Assembly: GCA_002269645.1 (NCBI GenBank)
Contig: NIVC01002780.1
Coordinates: forward strand, 55,359-119,358
DNA length: 64,000 nucleotides
Source of the DNA: Macrostomum lignano
Lineage: Eukaryota
Reading direction: 5' to 3'
Position 1 is the stretch's first letter, and each line of letters opens with the position of its first letter. The notes under the pieces were generated by a model. The model worked only from the letters and a program-made list of their open reading frames with translations, ran no database searches and was not told the origin of the DNA. The position numbers and the translations under genes were made by a program. Positions 1-13,111 of the stretch are shown here, piece by piece.

Positions 1-3000
1 TTCCAATTCGTCCTCTCAGTCCCGCGTACTCCCTTCCAAAGCAATTGAGTGTGCTAAAGAGAAACTAAATTGCGACAGAGCACAAGCCGAACTCTTTAGA
101 GTTGCCCGCTACCCAATTTCACTTCTCATCCGCTTCGGACTGCCTCTGACTGCTAAGCGCAGAGTTAAACAGTTGGCTACGAACGAGTTCATGAACTCGA
201 GTGCACACCTGCAGCCAACTCCTAGCTCGCCTCGACTCTTTTGACTGACACACCTACGAGCAACTAATAGTGACCAAGCGAAGGGCAAATGATGACGCAC
301 TAACGAGATGCCTAGAAACATTATGTTTCACCCAACCGAGGAGTCGAGAATTCGCTGGAGCGGAAAGAGAGCTTAAACACAAAAGTCTCATTGCTCTACT
401 AGATCTAACGCTAAGGGCTAAGAAATTTCATAAAAAGGCCGTATAGATATCGGACTTACAAAGTAGTTTCTCTAATCTTTCTGGTTTATGGATTCTCTAA
501 TAACAACCTGTTAAAATTTAATGACATAAAACAGTCTTTTCATGTTTAATATTTTGGCTGCCCATTCCAGCTGTAGAAGCCATACGCACGTAAAGGTATC
601 AGATAGGTAGCCATAACGGCCATACATTCAATCTTGGCTCAAAGAATATAGATGGATGCGATAGGAGGCAATGTGCGTATATACATGTAGGTATGCGTGT
701 ATGCGTGTGGAGGCCCGTAAAGAGTTCTGTGGGTGACAGCCGACCGCAAATTGATGGCGCGACAGTCGAGAGGGACGCAAGCGCAGAGCGCAGTTACCAG
801 CTTCTAAACCCGGACTGAAAACGCTTCGGCGGCAACAGCGGCGTGGAAGAATGGAAGTTTTTAACTTGGCCTGGAGAGTGTAGGGATACCGGAGTGGGGA
901 CTAAAGAATTGTTCACCTCGCGATGACAGCGGCCAGAAGCTGATTAATGGTGATGGGAAAGAACAGGGGAGACAGTAAATGTGGGTATGACTTTGACCTA
1001 GCTGAACGGCCTTTTTGAATACTGGGGCGTACACAGCACCGTTCAGTACGTGTTGGGTGCAACTGTCACCTGATAGTGTCGCATGCTGAACCGCTTTTTA
1101 TTCCTGTAGCGATCAGTCTGCTGATTATTCTTCTCGTAAATTACCCAGTACCAAAGTGCCGCTCGTACGAGCCGTAATTCAATGACTAAGCACGGTCGAA
1201 AGTATTACTTTAACCATACCGATAGGTATTGCTTTTGTCAGCCAAGTTGATAGTTAAGCCAACCAATGAACGTTTTTTATTGGTATTAAGGACGTAGGTT
1301 TTTGCTAATTTTAGAACAAAAAGCTCAAAAACACAGAAAATTTTTCTCTGTCCCTTGCCTACATTCTCTCATCCGAGTCGATGAAGAAAGAATGCAATCT
1401 GTTGCACAAAAGCAAAGCAGGACAAACACAGGCGAACACTAGCAGAATAAGCCACAAAGAGATGAGGAAGAGAACCGGTATTAATTCTGGGATGGATGGT
1501 AAAAAAGGGGAAAGGAGAACAGCGACAAGCTGGAAAATTGGGATGCAAACGATGCAAGGTGGACCGTCATGTAAGAAGGAGGGAGAAGCTAAACAAACGA
1601 AAACCGTCTGTGGCCACAGAGCATCATCTGTGACCGCTGTGCGTCTGTCGTTACTTGCATAATCAATGCCTCAGCAAGGCTTGCTATACCGGACGCGACC
1701 CGAATTCCTTCTCTTGCTGAGACGGCTCAGGCAAGATCAATAAACTGCTCCGAACCGCATGTGCTTGTATGAATGAATGCGAGCGTTTTTTTTCAGGTCA
1801 TCTTTTTTCTATAAGCATTGCTGACAGCACTGTCGTTTCATCAAAGAGGATGTACAAGAATATGAGAAGACATATTTGTTCCGGGTTTATGCAACTGGGG
1901 ATTAAAGATGACAAAACGAGGAATGTGGAATAAGTTCTAACTTTACTATGCATCATGTGATGCCTTGTTCGACTTGAGTTGCTCGAATAATTAGATACCT
2001 ACAGTAATTCGACTATTCCAAAGCTTAAGTTCTATTAGAAAGGCAATATATATTGACTTAGTCTCCAAGACACATTGAATTGAAAAGGAGGATAAAAGCT
2101 GGAATTATATATGATTTTATATTTGCCTTCATATAATAGTTTTAAAAATCCACAACTTGCTGCCAAAAAATTATCGAACTTTTCAGCAAATCTGCCGGGG
2201 CAAATTTTAAAGAAAAATCCAAGGCATTTTAGCTGTCTGCATTGAAAGGCGCAGAAATTTGACGGCAAAGAATAATTGAGCGAAGGGAGTGAAAGAGGGA
2301 GCTGTGAATGGCTCATGATCTCTGCAGCAGGGGGCTGCAGGATGATCCCAGGCTGGGGATCGGCACAAAAAATCGCTGCCAAGGCCGTCGGGAGCCAGTG
2401 CAGAATATATTAATAATTCAATGAAAAGAAGCGACCGGACGGTCAAAGGCACGCAAAGAATAAAGCACCCCCCATATTCCAACCATGGGTTGGTAAGGAA
2501 GAGTTGGAAAACGGCCAGGGCTGCAAGAGGGAGGGAAAGAATGGTTTTTTTCACCATCCCGGATTATCCCAGCTCCGGGCTAAGGTGCTGGCCGCGCACC
2601 TTCGGTTATACTGCTGCATTCTTGGAGGAAGGCAGCTCCGATGACGCTATGGACAGCTAAAGGAAGCTGCAGACCCCTCTCTTATCCGTCGGTTCTATTC
2701 GTTCCACAAAGAGCCTTCTCTGCTCCATCATTTTTTCTCGCTCTAGCAGCCCAGCTTGAAAAGTATTAGTTCCAGTCTAAATTGTGTAAATTCCTATCGT
2801 TTCCATGCATCGACCCTCTTTTCTGATGTTTATTAGTATGAGAAAAGTCGAAAAAGTTCAATCAGATGAGATTGGAGTGGCAAAGTCAACGATAAGTGAG
2901 CATTGACATGTGATGCTGGTACTGTACTCCCTGAGATTTCATGTATAATTTTCTACTGCAGGTTCTATCGTATTAGACTCTGAAAATGGCCACAGAGTAA

Positions 3001-6000
3001 GATTTAAATTACGGGCGTAGTAGTGAAATCCCTTATATCGACGGCATTGCAGCAGCTAGCTCATATATGATAATAAGGAAAGATGATGATGTGAAAAATT
3101 ATGACATCTACATTGCGCAGTGGGGCAGGATGCCACGGTGTGGCAACAGGCACGCAAGATAGTAACGTATACCTCTTCTCTTCTCTACCGTCGGCTAAAG
3201 TTTTCCTCACTAATTAGTCGGATACTCTAGCGGCGTCTTGCAGTTAGGCAAGTATACGTTAACATCTAAAAAAGCGCAAAAAGTTATGATAGGGCGAAAA
3301 TCTTGTGCCTGCACTTTAGAGGGACATGCCAAGGCTGTGATCTTATTCGATGATATGGATGCCATATTTGAAAACCCTATGCGGCATGTGATCGCACGCA
3401 TAGACACACTTGCATGCACTGTACGCCATTGAACTTCAAAATACCACAAAGACCCTACATATACAAATGGTCAATTTCCACGAGATTCAGTAAATAAATG
3501 AAAAGAACATATATGATTAGGAGCTAGCTTTGTCCATTAATGCTGTTTAATGCCTGATGAGGATACAGAAGATATGGACGGCACACAGCAGCAATAATTG
3601 CAATTGAGCCAACTAGTGATACACAAAAGAGGCCAGTCAGCTGTTTCCTTCAATATCGCCTCTTTGACCAAAGCCATGGGATTCGACAGCTGTGCGCGCA
3701 GTTGCAAGGATGACCCACCAGCACAGCGTCATCAAAGCTTCAACTGGCAAACTAAAATGCTGGAAATGGCGCATTAGCATGCGCAGATGTGACGCGAGAG
3801 TCCTTAAACGTTTTCCTGCCAATGTACTTAATCTTTCGTTGGAGTTTCAACATGGGAGTGGCTATCTGGCTATTACAATTCAAATTCCGTAGCGTAATTA
3901 TCCATTTTATATAAGAATACGCTGCTTGCTGAATTCGATACTTCAACCAGATAGAAGACAAAATAACATCGTAATAAAATAATTCCAGCGAAACAATTAT
4001 GGATAAAATATTTCACATCGAAGATTTTGTTTCGAAATATTGTACTTAGAAGGCCCCGACATTCTCTTATTTAAATATCAAATTTTTCTTTTACAAGAGT
4101 GTTTGCCCTCTAAGTTTGGCTTGAGTTTAACCAGCTAGGTTCCTGATGAACGCCACCTGCGCCAAGGAAACTGTGAAAGCGCGAAAATTCCTTTGGAATA
4201 TCGCTCAACTCTCTCATTTAGCTTGTAATTACTGGGCCAAAAGCGACGAGTTGACGAAGAAAGTAGCTCAAATTAATTAATAGGATAGGAGCAAGCGCGG
4301 GGTGACAAGACAGACAATCTGTTTCTTTCACGGAAAGCGAGCGCCAACATTGGCTTGTACCCCGAATGGCCAGGTCTCCCAAGCAAGGAGGGGCGGATGT
4401 GATAAATAAACAGAACTCATTTGGCCCCTGAAAGTCTGAAACTGATTGCGCACGCCTAGATAAGCATGTTAATTCAGTTGTCTACGAGCAAGCCACTCAC
4501 AGAGAATCATAGCCACGAAATAGGTCAAGGTTGGTGGACGGAAAATGAAAGTGAAACCAAATCCTGAAGAGATTTTAGGGACCAGTTTTATGGAGTGGTG
4601 AGAAAAAAATGCGGCCTAATGTGCATTCAACCTCACAAAACAGGTAGAAATGTATAAAACAAATAGCTAGCAAGAAGTGAAAACATAAGAGCTGTGTAAT
4701 CAACACTGCTTGAGCTGAGCAGATGAAAGCACACCTAACAAAACACACCCTCTGTTCTGCTTCACCTGGCCTCCTACTCGCATGCGTGCATAATTTGAGA
4801 CACCGGCACGCAATTCGAGATCCCGTGAGCAGCATATGAAGGCCAACGTGAAAAGAAGGCGATGATGTCACTTTCCCTCATTCCGAGGCAAACTAAATCC
4901 CCTTGTTCCTGGTCGGATTATTGGGTCGCTGACTCACCGGTATGTAAAAAATCCTGCAGCAGTGATTTTTCAGTAAAATGTGATACAAATTGGCGCAGCT
5001 GTTCTTTGCCCGGCTTCTGCTGATTGCTCGAAGTAATTTTCAAATCTGATGGCAGCCTTTTTCTGTTATTGCAGATTCAAACTTGGTGAGAGTGAAACAC
5101 CTTGGATTCGAAGACTGTTATTGCTTGTAATACTTCTTGAAGCAAATAGCGGTCGCGTGAGTCAGCTAGCCAGGGATGATCAGCTTTGAGCAAAAGGAAA
5201 CTGGGAGGCGCTCGTTAGAAATGGAGAGTTTGAGAGTTGAGAGGGAGAAACGGTCCGCAGCGGCCTGATAAAAATGAGTGGAATGGGGAGAAGGGCTGGT
5301 AAAGGGGGGGCGACACGGGGTTGGCGACGACGGGTAGGTGGGAGTGGGAGGAGGTGAAGCTGAGAGCGAATCGCGACGCATTGCCCAACTGCTTATGACT
5401 GAGGGGCAAGAGAGAGAGAGGGGGTGGGACTGCTTGAACCCGCTCTCCCGGCCACTCCAACATAGCCACAAACTCTTCTATCAGGAACACAACCACTGAC
5501 ACTCCGGACTGGACAAGCCGGCTGGTGCAAGTAGAGAGAGGATGACGACATATTTCAAGGGGGGGGGGGTGCAGAACGCATTGAAGCAAGAGCAGGTTGC
5601 AAATACAAAAACTAAGAAGTAGGTAAAAATGGAAACCACGAACTCATTTCAAGCCTTGATGAAAAACGAGCTCAAGAGCATACATTCGTAGTCTACACTT
5701 TCAAACTGACTCGGCGAACTATGCACGACGCTTTTTCAATATTAGTTTGAAATGTATTGCTATGAATATGTTTATTGACTAATGTTTCACACAAACAAGA
5801 GAACAAAAATGTGTCCACAGAAATGAGATGATTGAGCAAAGGCTTATGCACATATGATTATCCTGTATTTAACCTAATCAAACCCATGAAACCAATGATA
5901 GTGTATTATCCAGCTTTGCTTGCCAATTCCGCTCCAGTCTACGAAAAGTTGGATGTAAGGCAGACACAAAGGACAAACATGTTCAGTTGGCGCCAGTGAA

Positions 6001-9000
6001 ACTTGGGCCACTACCACTATACGAAAATACGTGCGTGTCTGTGGTCACGATGACGGAGGAAAAGCTCAGTGAACTACCACTTTCACTGTTCCAAAGCAGC
6101 ATTTAGCGAGGAAGAAAAATATAGAAGGCGGGCTTTTCGTAACTTCCGCAACGGCGAGGGGCTTGACTGACAGGAGGCAGCCTTACAGAGTAGCTAGCGA
6201 GAGTGGGAGGGACAAAGGATGGCAGGTAGTTAATAGGCCATTGGGACAGACGCTGGCGCCCAAACTTGCACTGGTCTGAGCGCCACAGGGTCTGCTTTCT
6301 CTCCTCCCCTCCTCATGCGCATTTGGAATGGCACTCAGTTGGAGTCCAACTTTTGGCATCCTTCAGAGTTAACAAATTCTACACTTCCGGGACTAGAGGC
6401 ATACAGAATTTCAGACGAATAGTTATCTCACCGTTTATAGACGCGGATCGTACTACTATTCATTTATTTGCCCTTAAGTAGTCAGAAGTGAATTCTAAGT
6501 ATCTGAATGATAGGAATAGCTTAGTCAGATTAATAACGATGAGTAAACTCGAAACTACATGCGAGTCCCGGGTCGAGCAGACAGCGCGTGGAACTGCGTC
6601 TACGAGTTTACGTACTGGAATAAACAAGATTATTTTCTCTGATCCGTCTATTACGCTAGCAAACCTACTGTGCACGAGTGCGAGTGCGAGTGATAGACGA
6701 AAGTGCACGCAAGGCGATGATCAGTCAGCCGCCGGTTGGCTGCTTCAATAGTGCAAGAAGCTCGTAGTTTAGTACTTGTTAATCAAATGCTCAAACGAGG
6801 CTAGGAGTCGAATGCAGATCACACGAACCCGCACGCATGTCATTAAGTGCATTTTGCGAAACATATTTAAACCAATATTGTTATTTGACACCATTACTCC
6901 ATTACTCCTTTGCGCATCACATAACTGGATTACATCTCGCAAATACGCTCGCAGTTAAATACGAAATTTGAATATCGGCTACTCTGAAAGACAAGCTCAT
7001 AACATTGTGAAAACATTGGCATCAGCATTAACCCGAGAATCCAGAATAATTTGACTCCGAATTTCCATCAAGACTCTCTGACAGCCAGCTGTAATAAGGC
7101 GTAAATGTTATAGCTCAGAATCTGATTCAACTGTTGCACCACTGATTGCTAGGATTTCCCACTTTTATCGAATCCGCTTTCCAGCTAAGCTGTGTGCAAA
7201 ATTCATCAGCTCCATAAATTGTTCGACACTTGCATCTCGGCCGACTGCGAATCACAGCAAAGCGAGAAAAATGTGCCCAGTAGGCCAGGGCCAATCGTCA
7301 AGTCATAGCTGTGTTGTGGAAAAGAAAACTTTGTTTGCACATTCTTATCACAGCCCCGGGCCCCCTGGACAGAGGGCGGGGCCTCGGGAGGCCAATCAAC
7401 CAACTTGTACAGCATTGGAAGAAAAACACATTATAGAACTTGTTAGCTACGAAGTTGCAAACAAGCTGCAGTATAAGTAAGAAAAGCATAAAGAATTGCT
7501 TATCTATGCAAGGCTTGTACGACGCAGGGAATGCATGTAGCTGGGCTTTGCACCGCAATAGGGACGCGTGTGACGCATTCCACGTATCCAATAATGTTTT
7601 ACACCCACTACACATGCTCGGAAAGTGTGAATATCTGGAGTGTAGAACAGATTTGGAACTTTAAAAAGTTCTAAATATGCACTACTGAAACGATATTGGA
7701 TCATTTCGTAAATCATGGGGATGGCAACTGTACATGCAAAGGGACATTACAATCTGAAGAAAACGAAAAAAAAATTTTTTCAAAGGCGCCAGTTTGAAGG
7801 ACCAAAAGATGGCAATCTCAGTGTGCTAGAGTACAAGTATATATCTGTGTACAAATAGTGTGCAAAAATTGATTGTGCAGTGCAAGGCATTGCAAGGGTG
7901 AGGATCTCTTAATCAAAACTTCTGCATACATACTAAATATATGGGACTAATATGATGCATTGGATCTGCTAATACTTTTTAACCTTGAAACCTTATATAG
8001 ACCTACTTGAACTTAATTGACACTAAGTTTTATTTTCCTTCTATTTCAAAGTGAGAGGCTATCAAATAAATTGAAAGTGTCTTTACATCAAAAAGACAAG
8101 TATATCTACCTATAAAATGCATAAAATCAATATTTAAATATCAGACTTAGCAAAAGTTTGAATATTTAGATCTAAATACACTTCTCAAGTGTGCATAATG
8201 ACAGTTATATGTAAATTGATATATGATATTTTAAATTTAAAACAAAGTTTACAACAAATATAATATAGAAAATTTACTTGCAGTGCACTTTAATTTATTT
8301 GTAATACTTACTATGGAAGTATTAGTACACTTGTTTCTAGGCAATAAAGTATATAATTTTTTTAAACTTCAAATATAAAGTGTCTAGGCCTAGGGTCTAT
8401 TTTTAATGAATATTAATCATTCTGTATAAAAAAAGCAAGATTTTTTTGAAAAAAAGAAAAAAGTCTTTTAAGTATACTTTTATAAAAACAGTAAGTGAAA
8501 ACAAGTAGAAAGGCTAATAGCATTTATTATAAGTACTCATTTTTGCAACACTTGCCTAGTATATCATTATAAATTATAGCATGGTATAGATACAAAAACC
8601 ATACTAATTGTAAAAAATATAACATATTTAAATAATAATATAGAGGAAAGAAAGCAATATAACTATAGATTAAAATATTCATACGAATTTCTTCATTTTG
8701 AGGATTTAGCTTTACACTCAGTGAAATGAAATGTTATCAAATGAATGATTACAATAAATTAAAATGAACTGCGAATTCAGCATACTACCCTGGATATATA
8801 TCATAATAAAGCACAAAATATTTATAGTAGCAAAGTAGCACACTGAATTGTAGTACTGTAGTTAATTGAGTATCAAAGTCTGTCACAAAGATTACAAGCC
8901 TGTATCACCACGCCGTGACGATTTGAAAATAATTTCTATGAGTTAAAACAAAAGGGTAAAAATATGAAGGATGAGATGAAAGGGTGCTTTTAAATTCTGA

Positions 9001-9128
9001 TAAATATAACTAATTTAGAAAAATAATAATAATAGCAACGATATTACTGTCTTAGATACATCCGACTAAAGACGCATCTTTACGGACGCATCCGACTAAA
9101 GATGCCACGCATCTTTACTAATGTCATT

Positions 9129-10227
9129 GGGAGCACGAGAATTGCCGCAGACGAATTGCCCGTTCATAGAAAACTGGATTCTACACGCATTCTATAACAC
9201 GGTAAAATATTACGGCTCGATAGACATCGGGAGTTTTTCATGTTATATTGCGGATGTTTTTGGATCACATATGTGATTGCCCGCCTAGATTTGTCCGCGG
9301 GAGATTGATTTGCCCGTCGAGATTTGCCTCCGCAGTGCATTTTGCCCGCGAGCGAATTGCCCGCCGAGTTTTTTTCCGCCGAGGTTTGCCCCGCAATGCT
9401 TTTTCCTGCAGCGCATTTAGCCACGCCAAAAGCTAGATTGTCTGCGTTGCCCCCCCCGCAATGCTATATAGTACTGCGTAAGTCTTTAATAAGATATTTG
9501 TAGGACAAAGCGACTCGGCTGCATGAATTAATAGCTCACCGGTGTACCCATGCATGTATAGAACTCATGAATACCTACAAGAAAAGTTTCGTTTTGAAAC
9601 GTTTTGATCGGGTCTATGTAAATCTCTTTATTACGACTTACTAGCATTGGGGAGGCAATGCAGGCTAAATCTTCCGCGTGGCTAAATGCGCTGCAGGAAA
9701 AAAGCATTGCGGGCAAGCCTCGGCGGGAAAAAAACTCGGCGGGCAATTCGCTCGCGGGCAATTCACTCGCCAGCAAATTGCACTGTGGGCAATTCTCGAC
9801 GGGCAAATCTCGACGGACAAATCTCCTGATCTCGGCGGGAAAAGCATTGGCGGGCAAATCTCGACGGGCAAATCTCGACGGACAAATCTCCTGATCTCGG
9901 CGGGAAAAGCATTGGCGGGCAAATCTCGACGGGCAAATCTCGACGGACAAATCTCCTGATCTCGGCGGGAAAAGCATTGGCGGGCAAATCTCGACGGGCA
10001 AATCTCGACGGACAAATCTCCTGATCTCGGCGGGAAAAGCATTGGCGGGCAAATCTCGACGGGCAAATCTCGACGGACAAATCTCCTGATCTCGGCGGGA
10101 AAAGCATTGGCGGGCAAATCTCGACGGGCAAATCTCGACGGGCAAATCTCGACGGGCAAATCTCGACGGGCAAATCTGCGGGCAGATCTCGGCCGGCAGT
10201 TCGTCTGCGGGCAATTCTCATGGACCC
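9129..10227. mobile_element. Foldback-like non-autonomous DNA transposon with long modular inverted arms
   Basis: The termini are imperfect inverted repeats: GGGAGCACGAGAATTGCCGCAGACGAATTGCCCG at 9129-9162 versus CGGCAGTTCGTCTGCGGGCAATTCTCATGGACCC ending 10227. Internal arm 9342-9424 is the reverse complement of 9678-9762. The arms are built from a 14-bp GGGCAAATCTCGAC module. No clear TSD or transposase. Confidence 0.7.
9801..10140. repeat. 65-bp tandem repeat (~5 copies) in the right arm of the foldback element
   Basis: AAAGCATTGG recurs at 9841, 9906, 9971, 10036 and 10101 (period 65). The unit contains 14-bp GGGCAAATCTCGAC subunits. Confidence 0.9.
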
Positions 10228-10919
10228 TATTTACGACGCACTATTATTATTCGCACTTTTGAACTGTATAAAAATTGTATATATTTACTAGTATATATAA
10301 ATGCTCCCCATTAATCGTTGCTCTGTTGTTGCTACTAACTAAACTAACGTACACGTTTCTAACTGTACCCGAAAGACTCCAGGCTGTTGAGTGGGTCTTG
10401 GGATACATGTTGTGGTACGAGTATGTCTTTGTAAACGAAGATTATTATCCTTGTAACAAAGCCAAAAAATTTCATCTTGAAATCGTAATTAGAATACAAT
10501 AATTTAATGAATCAAATCCTTGACAGGCAATTGTAACTGCAACTACCCTCGTACATGTAAGTCTAGAGAAAAAGTTGCACGAAAAATGTCGAAATCGAAT
10601 GACGACTTTAAATATCGAAAGACTGAGCTTCAGCTTCAGCTTTCGGTACATTTTTAATAAATTCATTTATTTATGTTTATGATTTAGTCTCATATTATTT
10701 AAAATTATTAAGATTATCAATTTTAAGCTAATTTTGAGGAACATTTTTGGGGCCAATGAAGAGCTGCTTATATTGTACTCGCTAGAAGGCTGCCAAAAGC
10801 AGATGCAGACTGACTTTAAATAGCAGAGAGATGCATGGCTCCAAAATAGCAATATAAATAGGTTGTACTTTAACTACTCGGTCAATGCCAAACATCTAGT
10901 AAAAAGCGTATCGAGAAAG

Positions 10920-11412
10920 TCAGGATCTGCTTGTAAGCTGTCTCCTTTTGCGTTTGCCATACCTGCGGGATTGAGACAGTGGTAGAAAATAATTGTTTAT
11001 ACTGTTGTTTAAAGTTTGCTTGAGAAATAATAGCTTTGAATGATGTTCAAATGTCACTTAAGTTTCAGAAATGCGTAGTCTCAGTGTTGGTGGGTACAAG
11101 AAGTTAAAAACACCTATACAGACGTTCAGATTTCGGAAAATTACCCGTGAGCTAATTTATGCACAAATGACCTGCTCACCCAGGCCTGCCTAGAAGAGCC
11201 AGATACTTGTTGAGATTGCGCAAATACAACCGCAAGCTTTCAGGCGACGCGAAGGGTTGCGGAATTTCTGGCTCACCAACACTGCCTCCATTGCTAATGC
11301 TTGCTTCAATAAGCTTCGAAGCAACCGGCCGGCTCAATGCCGAGTTGGAAAATGCGATTCCCAGCTGAAAAATGATGTGCAGAATCCAGTGAAGATTCGA
11401 AATTGCCATCAT
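10920..11412 (-). CDS. NPF: Neuropeptide Y/F (NPY/NPF) family precursor, 2 exons (11412-11180, 10962-10920), 91 aa
   Basis: ATG at 11412 is followed by a hydrophobic signal-like N-terminus and the NPY-fold signature PEIPQPFASPESLRLYLRNLNKYLALLGRP. A GT-AG intron (11179-10963) splits the penultimate peptide codon in phase 2, the position typical of NPF genes. Exon 2 encodes Y-GKR (amidation/cleavage site), then KRRQLTSRS-stop. Confidence 0.9.
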
Positions 11413-11454
11413 TCTGAGACCTTTGAGTTTTTGATACAGCTCTGGATGTTGTTA

Positions 11455-11496
11455 AACTGCTGAGGCAGTCGCCTGAACTGCTAGACAACATTTATA
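11455..11496 (-). promoter_or_regulatory. Candidate TATA box and initiator of the NPY/NPF gene
   Basis: Minus-strand TATAAA at 11496-11491, with TCAGCAGTT (Inr-like) about 30-35 nt downstream and about 45 nt upstream of the ATG. Confidence 0.5.
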
Positions 11497-12521
11497 CTAC
11501 AATTTGATTGACATGAAAACCTAATGTCTTTTTTCATTTGTGAATAATGCTGAATTGACTATAACTGAAGCTTCCACGTGAATTAAGCATAAAACCAAAT
11601 GGCTTCAACTCCAAAAAAATTTCTCTACCAGAGAGTGACACGGAAAGAGAACTGTAGCAAATTTTCATGTAGGGAGCTTTTTTAAGTGCTTGTGAAGTGC
11701 TCCAGTGCAAAATTCAGCCTCTAAATCAAATGTTGTTTTTGCTTCTACTTGCCAATCTCGATGAAACTCGTAGTTTTGCAGCATTTAGCATTCAGAATTT
11801 TGTTTGTTTTGCTTTTTTTGTACCTGCGATTGCAACAGTTCCGTGCTCACACTTCTCAAATTCCATTTTGAAGTTGAATCTTCGATTTGGATCAAAAAAC
11901 GACAGTAGTTATGCGTAGAGATTCATGGAACAGGCATCAAATACAGTAATTCATGAAAAGCATTGACACGCGAGTATTGATAATGAGGACTGAAGGTACA
12001 GGTGTATGGGTAAGGCAGGTGGCTAAAAACCAGATAGACAAGCACCGCAGTCGTTTGGAGAGGACTGCTTTACCCCATGCTCAAGAGATCTGTAATTCCT
12101 GCCGTTGGACGCGAGGGGAATTGTTGTACCAATGTGTCATGTCACTCGTTAAAGCCTCATTATGCAATCACAGGGGAAGAGCAAGATTAAAAAAATCGAT
12201 TGGAAAGAAAGTAATTGCTCAATTAGATTCGAAACAGGTCATGCGACCTTCAAAGAAAGCATGCCTTTAGGTTCAGTGGATAAATGGAATATTTTCTTAT
12301 TCTTTCAAGTGGATGAATAGCATTTGTTATTAGTAGCAATAAAATTTATATTCCAGTAGTGCGTGTTGATTCTTTTTGTATAATGATGATAATTACTGCA
12401 TATAATGATGCTGAAAAATTGCGACAGCTGGTTGAAAAGTGACAAAATAAGTAAGTTAAAGACTATTACGAGTAGAATCGCCGTGTAATTAAACGACATT
12501 AAAGTTTAATTTATATTGTAG

Positions 12522-13037
12522 TATTGGTTTTGCCAGCCTAACTGAGAATAAAGCCATCCAAAGTGAGAATCCTGCCTACGCTGACTGCGAAGGGCCGGCC
12601 TGGCTGCGTGCAGCCTTAGTCTATGGGCCATAGACAATAAAGGACAAGCAAAGTGATAAAAAGCCATCCAATGTGAGAATCGATTGGTCTATGCGTCGCG
12701 TCGTATTCTTTTATTTTTATACCTTCTGAGCCATATGACTAGCCAATAGCTTGAACGGAATAACGGAAACAGGAACACACTGGATGATGTCTTTTTCAAA
12801 CTTTGCTTGTCCTTTATAGTCTATGGCTCATAGACTATGCTGGACGCAGCTAGGCCCTTCGTATTCAGCGTAGGCAGGATTCTCACATTGGATGGCTTTT
12901 TATCACTTTGCTTATCCTTTATAGTCTATGGCCCATAGACTAAGGCTGCACGCAGCCAGGCCGGCCCTTCGCAGTCAGCGTAGGCAGGATTCTCACTTTG
13001 GATGGCTTTATTCTCAGTTAGGCTGGCAAAACCAGTA
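12522..13037. mobile_element. MITE with ~157-bp terminal inverted repeats, TA-bounded (Tc1/mariner-type)
   Basis: TATTGGTTTTGCCAGCCTAACTGAG... from 12522 to ~12680 is nearly perfectly reverse-complementary to ...CTCAGTTAGGCTGGCAAAACCAGTA ending 13037. The right arm carries an extra diverged ~110-bp subunit. No ORF. Confidence 0.85.
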
Positions 13038-13111
13038 GTCTTGCTGAGGGTTTCTAGTGGAGCTTGTTTAAAAAGTTTGGATCGACTGCTGCAATCAATA
13101 GTACAACTTAA

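Noticed and set aside
3001-3162. Second NPY-like peptide (NYDIYIAQWGRMPRCGNR)
   Set aside because: It resembles GRPRFGKR only superficially. There is no signal peptide, no PP-fold spacing and no good splice sites.
5160-5600. Possible decayed LINE 3' fragment
   Set aside because: Only faint peptide resemblance, with no tail or TSD.
6965-7060. HTH-like peptide IGYSERQAHNIVKT (transposase relic?)
   Set aside because: Too short, with no TIRs or further motifs.
1-7700. Protein-coding genes in the first 7.7 kb
   Set aside because: Only short ORFs with no recognisable domains or consistent exon chain.
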